Below are positions 51,990 through 64,000 of a DNA stretch of 64,000 nucleotides, in pieces. Under the pieces are notes generated by a model. The model saw only the letters and a list, made by a program, of their open reading frames with translations, made no database searches and was not told where the DNA came from. Source of the stretch: Bispira polyomma (lineage: Eukaryota); the NCBI GenBank assembly GCA_965649765.1, contig OZ287757.1, positions 15,128,001 through 15,192,000 on the forward strand, written 5' to 3'. The first letter of the stretch is position 1. Every line of letters begins with the position of its first letter. The translations under genes were made by a program, and so were the position numbers.

Positions 51990-52932
51990 TCAACAAAATT
52001 TATTCTTCCCCCAAATTAAGTCTCCCAAAACCATTTCTTGAAAACTAAAAATATCGACATTGTCCAAAACACTCTTGCCCTTTACCATTTGTCCTTTCAA
52101 CTTCCTGATCTCCTCCTCCATCCTCCGTCTTTCAGAACGTTCTCCCTTAAGTTGCTCTGTCAATCCTTTCTCCCTTAGTCTTTGTTCTTTTACCTCCAGC
52201 TTCTTTAATTTGTCCTTGGCACACTTTTCCTTCTGTGACCAGAACTTCATTTTTTCCTTGGCCAACAAAATGTCTCTGATCAGTTTTTTTTTCTGCTGTT
52301 TCTGCTGTGCTCAGACATGCACCTTCTACTCTCCCGGCATGTGGCTCTGGGACATCTGGCAGCATTGGGTGGTCTTGTTCTTCAAGGTAGACTTCTACAT
52401 CTCTTTCTAGTACTTCTTCGTCTTTTGTAATTTCGACTTTTACAAATTTGGGGTCGATATCCATAACGGATTGGCATGGCACTGTCTCTGAAATAATCGG
52501 CTTGTCAGTGCCAGCCACCGACTTTGGCTTCGGACCCACAAATTCTCCTGGGTTAAGATATGTTTTATTTGCTACAATTTTCGTTCTAAGGTTCTCCCCC
52601 GAGCTCGAAACTTTGGCCTCAGTAACATTTAAATGATGTATTTTGACCAGATGTCTTTCCAGGTCGTATGGCCTTTTGAATGTCCTACAAGAAGTGCCTG
52701 TGGTGCACTTGTACAGGGTAATGAAGGGCGAGTGGACATCAGCCCAGTGTCTGCTTAAGGCGAACTTCTGTCCAAAGGACGTATTACGGCGTAAGCAATC
52801 TGGTACCAGACAGCTGTACCTTCCTCCACTCTTGTTCCAGCCTCGTTTGGCGATGACCTCTGCCCCTCCACCTTCCTCATCCATCTTATCCTCAAAGGCT
52901 CCCAAATCGAATACAAACTCGTTGACAGACAT
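51990..52932 (-). CDS. Gypsy-B ORF3: two C2H2 zinc fingers and coiled coil; one frameshift in an A9 run (~52284-52292)
   Basis: CLVPDC..F..KFALSRHWADVH and CTTGTSC..F....DLERHLVKIHH; second frame LAKEKMKFW..LTEQLKGERSERRRMEEEIRKL aligns with Gypsy-A ORF3. Confidence 0.82.
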
Positions 52933-52981
52933 TTTGTTTTACTGAAAAACATAATACAGAAAAGAATATAAGGCCTGAGCC

Positions 52982-55900
52982 CTAATATTCCTGCCCTAAA
53001 CTGACTTGAACTGATTTATCACTACAGTCACCCTGTGATAACCAGCTAACGGAGTATCACTGTGAGAATAGGTCTTAATGTGGTCTATGTGTACAGTAAT
53101 AGGCTGAGAATTTTCCTCTTTTTGTATTTGATAATTGAGTTCTCGTAGTTTAGAAATCACCAAGTACGGACCTTTGCAACCCCGACCAAATTTGTCCCTA
53201 TTGTCAGGTGGATAAAAGATCCACACCCAATCACCTCACCTGAAGCTTCGTGTCTGAGTGTTCATGTCATATGTCCGTTTTTGTCTGACAGCACTTTTGT
53301 GTAAATTGTCTCTAGCTATCCTATAGGCAGTTTGCATGGAGTTCCTGACCCATTCTACGTACTCAACAGGACATGTGGAAACCTCAGAACCCATTTGTCT
53401 GTCTCCGTACAGGATATCTACAGGTAACCTTACCTCCCTTCCAAACATAAGAAAGTTTGGAGTAAAGTTTATACTTACTTGTGTAGTCGATCTGTAGGCT
53501 AAGAGTATGTACGGCAAGTGATCATCCCAGTCACTCCTGAAATCACTCACTACAGGCCTTAGTAACTGTCTAATTGTCCTATTCATTCTCTCAACCAGTC
53601 CGTCTGATTGTGGTCTATAACGTGATGTTCTAGTCTTTTCTATGTCAAGTAACCTACACATTTCCTTAAAAAGTAATGACTCATAATTTCTACCTTGGTC
53701 TGTATGAATCACCAGAGGGACACCATATCGGCAAACCCATTGTGTAACAAGTATGTCAGCCATTGTCTGTGCAGTCTGATCTGGCAAGGGATATGCTTCC
53801 ATATACTTAGTAAAGTAGTCCACTACCACTAGAATGTAATTATTCCCATTCTTACTTGTTGTTACAGGACCCACAATATCACAAGCAATTCTGTCAAGAG
53901 GGTTACCTACTAACTGAGGCTTAAGGGGAGCCCTTTTTGGGTTATGACCTGCCTTATAGCTTTCACAAACCTTACAAGTTTGACACCAACTGACTATATC
54001 CCGTTTGAAACCTGGCCAATACAACCTACCACGAAGGCTACACAAAGTCCTCCTGACCCCAAAATGACCACTAGTTCTTTTACTATGCAGTTGCTCAAAC
54101 AGCTGCTTCCTTAAGCTTCCTGAAACGACATACTGCATTACTGGAACTTCACTAGAATTACCAGGAACCCATTTTCTATACAGAATATCATCCTGAATTT
54201 CTAACACTGACCACTGAGCACAAAGAGCCTTATATTGCCTACTACGCCCACTGATTTCTGCTTTCTGTGGTTTATCACCTCCAGCAGATTTAAGTTCTAA
54301 GAGGTTACTGATATCATCATCTTGGTATTGAAATTCCCTCAACTCATCAAGTGACCACCTATCAGTCCAATTACTCTGTTGGGAAGTTTTAGCCTTATTT
54401 CTACCTGTAGCATTATATCTGCAGCCAGTCCTACTTTGAATAAACTCATTGTGTTTTACACCGGAGTCCAAGGAACCACCTAACCCAGTCCCAGTCGCTA
54501 TGCTGGGACCCCCACTAAACTCATTAGTGCTTATAAGGGTCCTACTCCCTTGGGTTTTAATGTCCCCCTTAACCTGACTATGTGTAACTACACAAACACA
54601 TTCAGACAATTTCAGGGCACACTCATCACAGTCCTCACGCTTACATTTTCTCGAAGGTATCCGAGACAAACTATCAGCATTAATGTGTAGTGTCCCTTTC
54701 CTATGCTGAACCTCATAATCATATGTACTGAGAACAGAAAACCATCTAGCTAACATACCCTCAGGCTCCCTAAAATTCACCAGCCACTTGAGTGACGCGT
54801 GATCAGTTCTCGGCACAAAATGTCTACCCCAAAGATAATGGTGAAACTGTCTCATAAAAACTACAGCGGCTAATAATTCCCTCATAGTAGTACAATAGTT
54901 TTACTCGGAGTTTTGCTTCCATAAGCAATGACATGTTCTGAATCATTTTCATTAAGCTGACTTAACACTGCACCTACACCAAACAAACTAGCATCAGTAT
55001 CTAATATGTATGTAAGGTCATTATTCGGGTAAGCTAAAACTGGACTTATAATTAGCCTTCTCTTAAGCTCATGAAACGCTTCATGGGACTGACTATTCCA
55101 GTGAAATTTGACATTTTTCTTGGTAAGGTCATGTAGTGGTGCTGCAATATGTGCCTAAAAATGAACCGACTTCCTTTACACATGTGGGAGCTGGCCAGTC
55201 TGATACTGCTTCTAACTTTTTAGGATCACAACTAATGCCCTCCTCAGAAACAACATGACCCAAGAACTCTACTGACTCTTGAAAGAAATTACACTTTGAT
55301 ACCTTAAGCTTTAGATTGGCTTGTCTAAATCTCTTAAAGATTTCTTGTAAGTTTTCAAAAGTTTTTGAGAAATCACTGCCATAAGAGATTATATCATCAA
55401 AATACAGGACACATGTTTCCCACTGTAAACCTCTCATAACTTTTTCAATCAAGTTTTCAAAAGTACTGGGAGCCCCAGGTAACCCAAAAGGCATAACATT
55501 GAACTGCGTGAGACCTCGCCTGGTATAAAATGCTGTTTTGCACTTATCTTCCTGCCTCATGGGAATTTGGCGATAACCACTAGCTAAGTCCATAGTACAG
55601 AAATACTTAGCCCCATCTAAAGAAGAAAGACAATCCTGTGTATTAGGTAAAACTACTGCTGATTTCCTAGAAATCGTGTTAATCGCTCTGTAGTCTATGC
55701 ACACCCTCAAGCTACCATCTTTCTTAGTAACAATTACTAGAGGTGAAGCCCAAGGACTATCACTAGGCTCAATCAACCCTTGTTTTTCTAACTTGTCAAG
55801 TTCTTTTTGTACAGGTTCCCTTTGGGCAATAGGTAATTTCCTTGCTCTTTGTTTTATGGGTGGATGATCACCAATGTTAATGGAATGTTCAGTCAAGTTT

Positions 55901-56804
55901 GTCATACCTAAACAACCATCAGGCCCTACAAAAATGTCCTGATATTGGCTAAGTAAACCTTCAAATTTCAAGACTTCACTTTCCTTAAGTTTTTGTGATA
56001 CTGACTCAATTAAGGGTTGTAAATGCACTGGTAGTTCACCCTTATCCTTACATTTGTCAGTTACTGTCATAAGGTCACCCCTATTTCTGTCACCTTCAAA
56101 AGTTTTACTGAAGTCACTGGTTGTAACAATGCAAGTTTTGTTCCTTTCTTAAGAATTTGCATCTCATCTGTGAAATTTGCCACCCTAACTGGAATGTCCG
56201 GCATCTGTGTATTCACTACACCTTTAGTCACTAACAAGCCAGTCTGTAAAATCACAGAATCTATGGGTTCAACTAAGCCTATGTCTGCCTTAGAATTCCA
56301 ACGTGATTTGTCAAAGCTACCACTAAGTATTATCTCATGGCTTGGTGGAATACAGAAATCTTGGTTCCATCTTTCTGTTCCAACCTAACCTTATAATCAT
56401 CAATACTTATGAAGCCTTTTCCCATGTTCAAAATGCAGTTGTATTTTGTCATAAAATCAAGACCTAGAATTGTACTTGACCAATGTCTCAAATGACCTTG
56501 TACCAATTTGTACACTAACAACTGTTTCTCCATAGACCTTAAGTAAGTTACTACTACCACTCCTTAAGTTCAAGCTGACCTCTTGAAGTGGAAGCCTTAG
56601 GTGTGACTCAAGATTCCTATCAAATCTAATGTCCAGTATGGTATATGTAGACCCTGTATCTACAAGAAATTCTGTTTTGAGTCCTTCCACCTCCCCACTT
56701 ATATACCAACAAGAAGAGCTTATCAATTCCACTACACCTTCCATGGGCCTTATATTTTGACTAGCTGAGAATTCGACCCTATTCCCAGCGATCCCTAGTT
56801 TAAC
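52982..56804 (-). pseudogene. pol: Gypsy-B pol (PR-RT-RH-IN), several frameshifts
   Basis: FLVDTGS, RVCIDYR, YFDD, HHCC (H..RTSGHFG..CQTCKVC), DIVGP..TDQG..E, GPY. Confidence 0.95.
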
Positions 56805-58234
56805 CTAGAGGTTTGTTCTTTCTGTGAATAACCTTGACTTGATTTCCACTGTGGACAGTATTTCTGATAATGCCCATAAGCCTTGCATTTGTAGCACTGT
56901 ACTGTACTAAAATCAGTTTTCCTACTTGTTCCCTTATTGAATTTCCCTTTGTCTGAGCCTTGCCCATTTTCTTGGGGTTTGTTAGAGTCATTAGACCACT
57001 TTTGTACCACTTTCTTGAGGGTTTGCAGTTTTTTTTGTGCTGTTTTGCACTATTGAACACATCGCCTTCAAGAATTGGTTATCAGCCATCCCTTGACCAG
57101 AAGTAGTCTCTATAGCACTACACTTAGCTGGTTTGGGTTTGAACTTGCTATCTCCACTTTCAAAACTCTCATATTCTAAAGCTAAAGCAATAGCTTCATT
57201 CAAATTTTTTGGATGCCCAAACTGAACATGTCTCTTAAGACCATACTGGTTTAAGCCCTTCACAAATTGATCCAAAACCAATTGTTCTTGACAGTCATTT
57301 GGAATATTTGGAAAAACCTTACCAGCTAGTCGTCTCAAAGAATACCCATACTGCATTACAGTTTCCTGTGGTTGACGAAAACGGTTACGAAACTCTAACC
57401 TATAACTGATTTCCCTTTCTACTGGACTAAATCTCCTAGTTAACTCCTTAACCAGTGAATCAAAGTCTTCCACAGCCCCATAGAAAGATAGGTCACCAAG
57501 TACAGGTTGGGCGTGTCCTCTTAAGCTTATGGCTAACTGCATACCTTTTTCTTGATAACTCCAACCATTCCACCCAGAAACAGTTTCAAAGTGTTTAAGG
57601 TAGTCTGTCCAGTCAATTTCTTCTCCGTCAAACTTGTCAGAGTCACACTGTTTTTGTCTATTTGGTCTGTCATTGAACCTATTTCGGTAGCCCGACCTCT
57701 CAGGCATATCATTGGTCACCCTTGGTCTTACATCAGGTCCATTGTAATGATTTGGAATATCACCCATCCCCACACCTTCTGTGTTAGCTGTCTCCCCAAC
57801 CTTTACTTGTCTAACTATTTTTGGTCTATCTGGAACCCATTCTCTGGCTTCAGGCCTTAACCTGGTGTTGACATTACCATCCCCATGTGTACTAATACCA
57901 CTTGTCTTATTAGTCTTGTATGGAGTAGAGTTTTTTGGTCTAATCATGTCACTAAGTTCATCGGATGTATCATAATACTCATTATCCGAATCGACTGCCC
58001 TAAATGGATTAAAATTCTCAGCCATATTACTCCTGGAGGAATACTTCTGATTTTCACTAAGTACGGCTGGAGCCGATTGATTCAAAGTACCCTTTGAATG
58101 CCTTGCAGGGACTTTATTGAATTGTATTTCATCATCAAGACCAGATGAAATTAATCGGTCGCCTGACTGTCTTCTTGGCCATTTAGGAATCCAGTCCAAC
58201 ATAACCTGGAGCTTTTAGATTTCCTACTGTTCAT
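56795..58234 (-). pseudogene. gag: Gypsy-B gag, frameshifted
   Basis: KFDG..W..Y..HFE..WNGW, QFVKGL, CYKCKAYGHYQKYC; homologous to Gypsy-A gag. Confidence 0.92.
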
Positions 58235-58966
58235 ACTAGCTTACAACACCAATGTAGCTCAAAAGTTGCCTTGTTATCTCTGTATGATTCCGGTCAATGC
58301 TATATGTGTAAAAGCGTAAAAATTTAGATATGACCAGGACAAAAATTGTTCACACCAGTGTTCACCTTGGTTAATAACCTTTGTGATGTCACCTTAGTGT
58401 GTATTCCACATGTAAGTTATTTGTAGGGAGTGTTCACAATCAACCACTGTTTTATTCCACCAAGTATTCACCTCAGGTAAGTACCATTTTTGGTTGACTA
58501 AATACTCGTGTTAACAGCAGCAATTCACAGACACACTTTATTACTGTTTTATACCACCATAATATTCACCTCAGGTAAATACCATTTTTGGTTTACGAAT
58601 ACTATGTGTTAATGGTAATAACATTCAATAACCACAAACACACCTGGGTAATTTGTTATGTGTGTATTGAGGGACCAGTCAGACACATTTAAACAATCAC
58701 TGTTTTATATCACCAATTATAATACACCAATGTGTTAATACTAGTGTTAACAGTGACACATACACATATACATGTACACTATATTTACTGTACGTTCACC
58801 ATGTACACCTCTGTGTTATTGTATGACAGTAAATAAACATTCATACAATTACTGATACATCACCAGGCGGTACACCCATATGTCATCGCCACATGTCAAC
58901 AGCAATTTACAATTATACCAAAAAAAATAAAAAATAAAATATATTTATTTGTATTTAAGTTTGCCT

Positions 58967-58984
58967 ATCCTGGTCACGGCACCA
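58967..58984 (-). promoter_or_regulatory. Primer-binding site, tRNA-His (Gypsy-B)
   Basis: 18-mer identical to the Gypsy-A PBS. Confidence 0.88.
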
Positions 58985-58990
58985 AAATTC

Positions 58991-59690
58991 TGTAATCACC
59001 CTATTTAGCCCAGCTGACCAAATTAAGATATAAGTCTCAATAAAGTATCAGTTCGCGTTGTGTTCAAGTAGGCAGGTCGCCAGATAACAGATTCGTATAG
59101 GCAAGGTCACCGAATAAGCTGGGGGTTATTGAAGCCTGGATCAATAAGCTCACAAGATGACTTTTAATTACAAATTAAGAACAACAAAATTAACTTCAAT
59201 ATGTATATTATAAATGAAAAAGTGTACATATAATTATACGGTACAATAACCCGGAAAAACAACAATATAAATGCACCAGTCCTGTGTACTGATATAAATT
59301 TAAGCCAACTAGGTGGCAGTGGCAAAATACCAAGAACAACACTATATATTCTACAATTAATGTCAGCCTATTTAATTACAGTCTATATAGTTCAACAAGC
59401 TAGGCCTGACAAAACATACCGTCTGACAAATATTCAAGTTACATTATAATAAACACCTAGACCGGCGAAACAAGGCAGCAAATTACATGTGTCTATATAA
59501 GTAGTTATTAATTACTATATCTCACAACTAAAATATACCACAAGTTGCAAGAACTGTCAAAACATGAGGTTTTGTTGATATACCTAGCATACAAGTAAGT
59601 GAGCAATTCTCGCTTCATAACTTCCATTATTAAGAGATATATCCTAAGCACGAGTCTACAATTAGTACTCGCGATGACTGGGTCATCACA
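58991..59690 (-). repeat. 5' LTR of Gypsy-B (700 bp, internally deleted)
   Basis: ~14 substitutions versus the 3' LTR; lacks the equivalent of 50799-51318. Confidence 0.93.
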
Positions 59691-60213
59691 ATATATATAA
59701 CACATATACAAATACACACATTTGTACTGTGTACATATATTGACAAAAACTATGGATGTAGGGTTTCATTATTAATATAGAAACCATTTGATATACTTTG
59801 CATTTTGATTCAGTGTTAAATCGTAATTATCTGTTATGCTACCCTGCGAGTTGCAGTTTTTTGTAAAGTCCCTGTGAGCGGGTTGCGACCCCTTCCAGCT
59901 GCACAGGGTGCCTGAAAAACTATTTAATAGGGGGGAATAAACTATTTTTAACACACACACACACACACAAAAAATTCAGATTATAGATATATATAAGAAA
60001 TTTACAAATATGGTCTTCACAGAGCTAGATTAACATCTTAGTTACACAACCGCATCCAAATTGTGCAAAAAAAAATCCAAGAATTTCATAATAATAAGCC
60101 ATATTGGACAGATGTTTTAACTAAACTTTGGAAAGAAATGAGAAAATTGTCTTGTGAAGCAAGGCATTTTTTTGTTCCTTGGTTTTGAGGTTGTATTGTT
60201 CATTACTTCGCAG

Positions 60214-61210
60214 CCAGGGACAAGCCTTAATAATGAGAACTTCTCAACAACTGGGGAGATGTGCATGTTTAACGAAACCGGGGCATCTAGGCAGCTGATT
60301 TACAACATGGTGCCCAAATGTGGGAGCTTGAGCTTTAGATATTTGATTTATAGACTGCATAAAGACAACCATTTCACATCTGTGGAAAGAAAGTACAGTG
60401 ACAAGCATATTACTGTGCCATATCATTTGAGGTAATGCAGTATCTCCAGTAATAATACAAATTATGACCATTTTAGCAATGTCTAAATACCAATACAAGT
60501 GCTTAAATGACTAAAATGTCTTTTATACTTCTGTACACAGCTTAGAAGGTATTTCAAAAACTGTAGGGGGTCAGATACTAATACTCAAAGAGCCTTGGTT
60601 ATACTTTGGACACCTGCATTTCATTGACTTCCAAAAACTAAACTACAGTCTCACCCCAATGTACATCAACATCATTCGTGACCCCATTGAACGGCTGATA
60701 TCCTTCTATTATTACTGAAGGAAAAATGGACGACTCAGCTATGGTAGACCATTGAGAGAACTCTTTTCCAAAAACCAGAAGGAACTTTTGGGACGCATGA
60801 ATATGACTTTCAATGAATGCGTTTCACAAGAAGATGTGGAATGTGCTGACCATAGATTTCTGTTTCAAATGATACTCTATTTCTGTGGACAGGATGAGTA
60901 CTGTATATATCCCAGTCAGACGGCCCTGGATCAAGCAAAGACAAACCTGGACAAACACTTTGCAGTGACTGGCTATATGGAGAAATACACAGAGTTTGTG
61001 GAGGTCGCAGAGTACCTATTCCCAAGATACTTCAGGGGCGCCTTGCTACGGCTGAAAAGCAGGGGAGATGTTGTGATCAATAAAGGTTGTGGTAAGAAAG
61101 ATACAAGCCAAAAGTCCAGACAGATACTATTTGCAAGAAAGGATATTAAGTTGGAATATGACTTTTACACATATGTGAAGGAGAAATTTGACCAGACTAA
61201 CCAAAATTGA
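60214..61210 (+). pseudogene. Sulfotransferase copy B catalytic exons (60214-60431, 60541-61210) with premature TGA at 60716-60718
   Basis: Acceptor ttcgcag|, donor ag|gtaatg, acceptor acacag|; same intron positions and phases as copy A; YNMVPKCGS, YFGH, IRDPIERLISFYYY*RKNG. Confidence 0.8.
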
Positions 61211-64000
61211 GGTGGGTCCTGCAATTATATATTATAGTCTAAATTAAAGAATGTTATAAGCACCAATCTATGTGAATGCAAACATATGAAGGGATCCCTG
61301 GACATGTTATCACAATTAAAAGTAACCTGCTGGTGAGCCCAGTGCTCACCACAGACCCTTAGAACTATTACTATGTTAATTTATTTGTATTATATAACAG
61401 CCAATTCTTGTTAGCAATTATTGTAGACTTGAGAAAGTTTAATAAAATCTATATTAAAACCCACGCGGCCCTCACAGATGACCAGGTGAGGAATGCAGCA
61501 TCCCTGGTACAGGTGAGGAATGCAGCATCCCTGGTACAGCATAAATTATTAATCATGAAGTATTTAATACATGTACAGACTCTAATCACTCTAGAGATGT
61601 AACTATAGGTTTTAAAAGAAAACTTTAAAGGTAAAATTTTCAACAGTAAAGTGAATGAAAATGGAAGAAATGTATTGGTTAATTTCAACTTAATAATGAA
61701 ATCATCACTATTAGGTGAAGATTCATCCCTTGTGAGTTACAAAGTCCCGACTACATCCTTCTTTATACATAATAAAAGCTTCATCTTTAAGCATATCAAG
61801 CTTTTTTTCATGGTCACACAAGAAACTTTGGGGAAATATATGCGTATTTCTTCTACATTTGGAACATATATAGAAATAATAGTGATGATTTCATTATTAA
61901 GTTCGAAATTAACCAATACAATTCTTCCATTTGTATTCTTTTACATATATCTCCGAATCATCCTAATCCTTTTTGTAGCCAATAGATTAGTCATAGGAAT
62001 TATTTTTGTCACTTCCTTACAAATCTTATATTCCCTCAAAGTTTTAAATTCAATTATATCCCCAGCATTTGAGAACAGATGATCAACACTAATGTATTCC
62101 GTTATAACTTTAGGTCTGATCATAAATCCGATGTTGATACTTTACACATTTCACTGAATTTATCCATTTATAACTATGGTAGAATCAATAAGCATTAACT
62201 CTCCTAAAAGAAATAATGCTATGAAAAGATACGCACACTTCTGCCTAGTTTAAATTTCCAAACCAAAACATTATTTGGTTAATGCAATTAGAAGGGCACT
62301 ATTTAATCATTTTGTTTGAACATCAATTAAATGTTGATAATCTAACTGAATAATTGATGTGGATATTTATCATTGACTATTGTATGCTAATGTATGTGGT
62401 GTTTAAAGTTGAATATAGTAAAATGTAAAATTAATAAAACAAAATAGCTTGACATGTTTCCCGTGATTATTGTGTGGCAATATTAGGAAAATGTTTGGTC
62501 TAAGTTACAAACCGGAATGTGTTGGTTGTTATAATTTGTTTAATCACCACAGCCATGTATGAATTTACCCCAAAAAGGTTAATTGATAAAAGTATGTTTG
62601 TGCAGATACAAACCCATAATGGAGGAAAACATAGGAAGGAAGATGGTTTTCACGCAAGCAATATCTTACAGTTGTCAACATTTGTTTGGCATTTTATTTT
62701 ACAGAAAACCTTTTAGGGCTAGTGTTATATATTATTTATACGCAAGGTATAGTATAACAAATACAGAAATACATGAATGTTTTTACAACTAGGAACAAGG
62801 AACAATCGTATTACACATTATTTACAGTTTAGCAATAACATGTATTTTTATGCAAACCTTCATGATTTACAGAAACATTTTAACATACAACTAACCTCAG
62901 TGTACTTAATTTTAGTATTATTTCTCTCTTTGATACTCCACATATTATTTCTTCATATTATTCTGAAAACATACTTATCACTTACATTTAAAAAATTTTA
63001 AGGTGCTTTAAGATCACAATTTTAGCTACAATGAAGTTTCTTTTGAAATTACAATAATATTTTCACAAACATAGGAATGATATCCATAAACAGCCAGTCT
63101 ACTCACAAGTTTTACACAATTGTTATCACTGGTCAATATTGTATGTATAAGTTTGTTGAATCTATTATACAACTGCACATTAATTCACTGACACGGATGC
63201 ATTTTGAAATGAATTAAATATACTATTTAAAGATAAATATTACATGAATTTATAGGGTCGCCTATCATTTTTACTTTTGGAAAGTGAAGAAGTTGATATT
63301 TTTCTGCACTTAAGACATTATATTTATGTCCGAAAATTTCTTTCATTAAAGATAGGACAGGAGATATTAATACACCATCACCAGCATACTCTAATCCACC
63401 CAGGAACATGTTTCCAATATAACAACCTAAACCACTACCATTAATTTCAAACATTTTCAAATAAATTGTGAAAAGCAGAGGCCACTTTTTACACAATTTA
63501 ACATTTTAACATATTTTGAAACATTAAGGCCTCATATAATTCAAATTGATCGATGTATGTACATATAAGTCAGCAATGACATACAACATAATACTAATAC
63601 AAAAAAATAATCTTGCATACTCTACACGATCGAAGGCCTTTTTGGTATCTAACATTATTACATTTACATCATTCCTATTTTTTCCTTCATTTTACACCAT
63701 TGTCGATTTATTGGTTGACTTTTAAAACCAAAATGTAAATTGATACTACTAATGGGGTGTTCACACTGTCCACGTTCATGCCCTGGCATCGTCCAGGCAT
63801 TGCTGTTTACTCAAGACCTGATAACTTGACTGAACTTGGCTGATCGGGCAAGAAAAAGCTGGAAAATGTTCATTTGCATTTACATATATTTGCATCGCAC
63901 GTTTTTGACCCGTTTTAGTCTCATTTAGCCCTGTTTATGCTCAGGTTATGTTACTCAAGTGCTCTCTAGTTCTGGCCAGATTACAAAGTTTTAAGCAGTT
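61191..64000 (+). repeat. Segmental duplication copy 2 (paralogous to 35470-38215); includes a 27-bp tandem duplication at 61483-61536 and a partial MITE from 63753
   Basis: Direct alignment with 35470-38215. Confidence 0.92.
62491..62653 (+). pseudogene. First exon of a further sulfotransferase copy (C); frameshifted, with a GC donor
   Basis: Paralog of 36806-36964; the ATG is out of frame with the TM segment; donor is CAC|GCAAGC. Confidence 0.55.

Larger units (their letters stand above)
50209..59690 (-). mobile_element. Ty3/Gypsy LTR retrotransposon B (gag, pol, ORF3), both LTRs present, coding-defective
   Basis: TGT..ACA LTRs, 4-bp TSD ATAT (50205-50208 and 59691-59694), PBS, PPT, PR-RT-RH-IN order. 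Confidence 0.97.

Noticed and set aside
60154-60213. Hydrophobic N-terminus of ORF 60154 as the signal anchor
   Set aside because: GTG start; the T-rich stretch is the polypyrimidine tract of an acceptor at the position homologous to copy A
60716-60718. Selenocysteine or readthrough at the TGA
   Set aside because: The paralogous residue is Arg, not Cys; no SECIS or readthrough context noticed

Overview
AT-rich metazoan genomic DNA, probably lophotrochozoan or molluscan (inferred from the repeat types). The host content is a tandem cluster of uronyl/heparan-sulfate 2-O-sulfotransferase-like genes on the + strand. Copy A has exons 28-254 and 671-1388, with its first exon outside the window. 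A copy at ~35470 is reduced to its last codons. Copy B has a proposed signal-anchor exon at 36806-36964, a ~23 kb intron, and exons 60214-60431 and 60541-61210 with a premature TGA. Copy C is represented by a frameshifted first exon at 62491-62653. The rest is nested transposon sequence: L1/Tx1 and L2/CR1 LINEs, DIRS/Ngaro tyrosine-recombinase remnants, tRNA-derived SINEs, PIF/Harbinger MITEs, and a NADAR-domain remnant upstream of an L1 endonuclease. The most striking feature is a pair of recent two-LTR Ty3/Gypsy insertions from different families (39084-47851 and 50209-59690, both - strand, both with coding lesions). In the env position, both carry a homologous third ORF encoding an acidic N-terminus, two C2H2 zinc fingers and a coiled coil, preceded by a splice acceptor. 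They also share a tRNA-His PBS, a -1 frameshift heptamer with a predicted pseudoknot, a PAM2-like Gag motif and a hairpin next to the PPT. Together this suggests a Gypsy lineage with its own accessory regulator. All assignments are by eye, with no database searches, so novelty is unverified.
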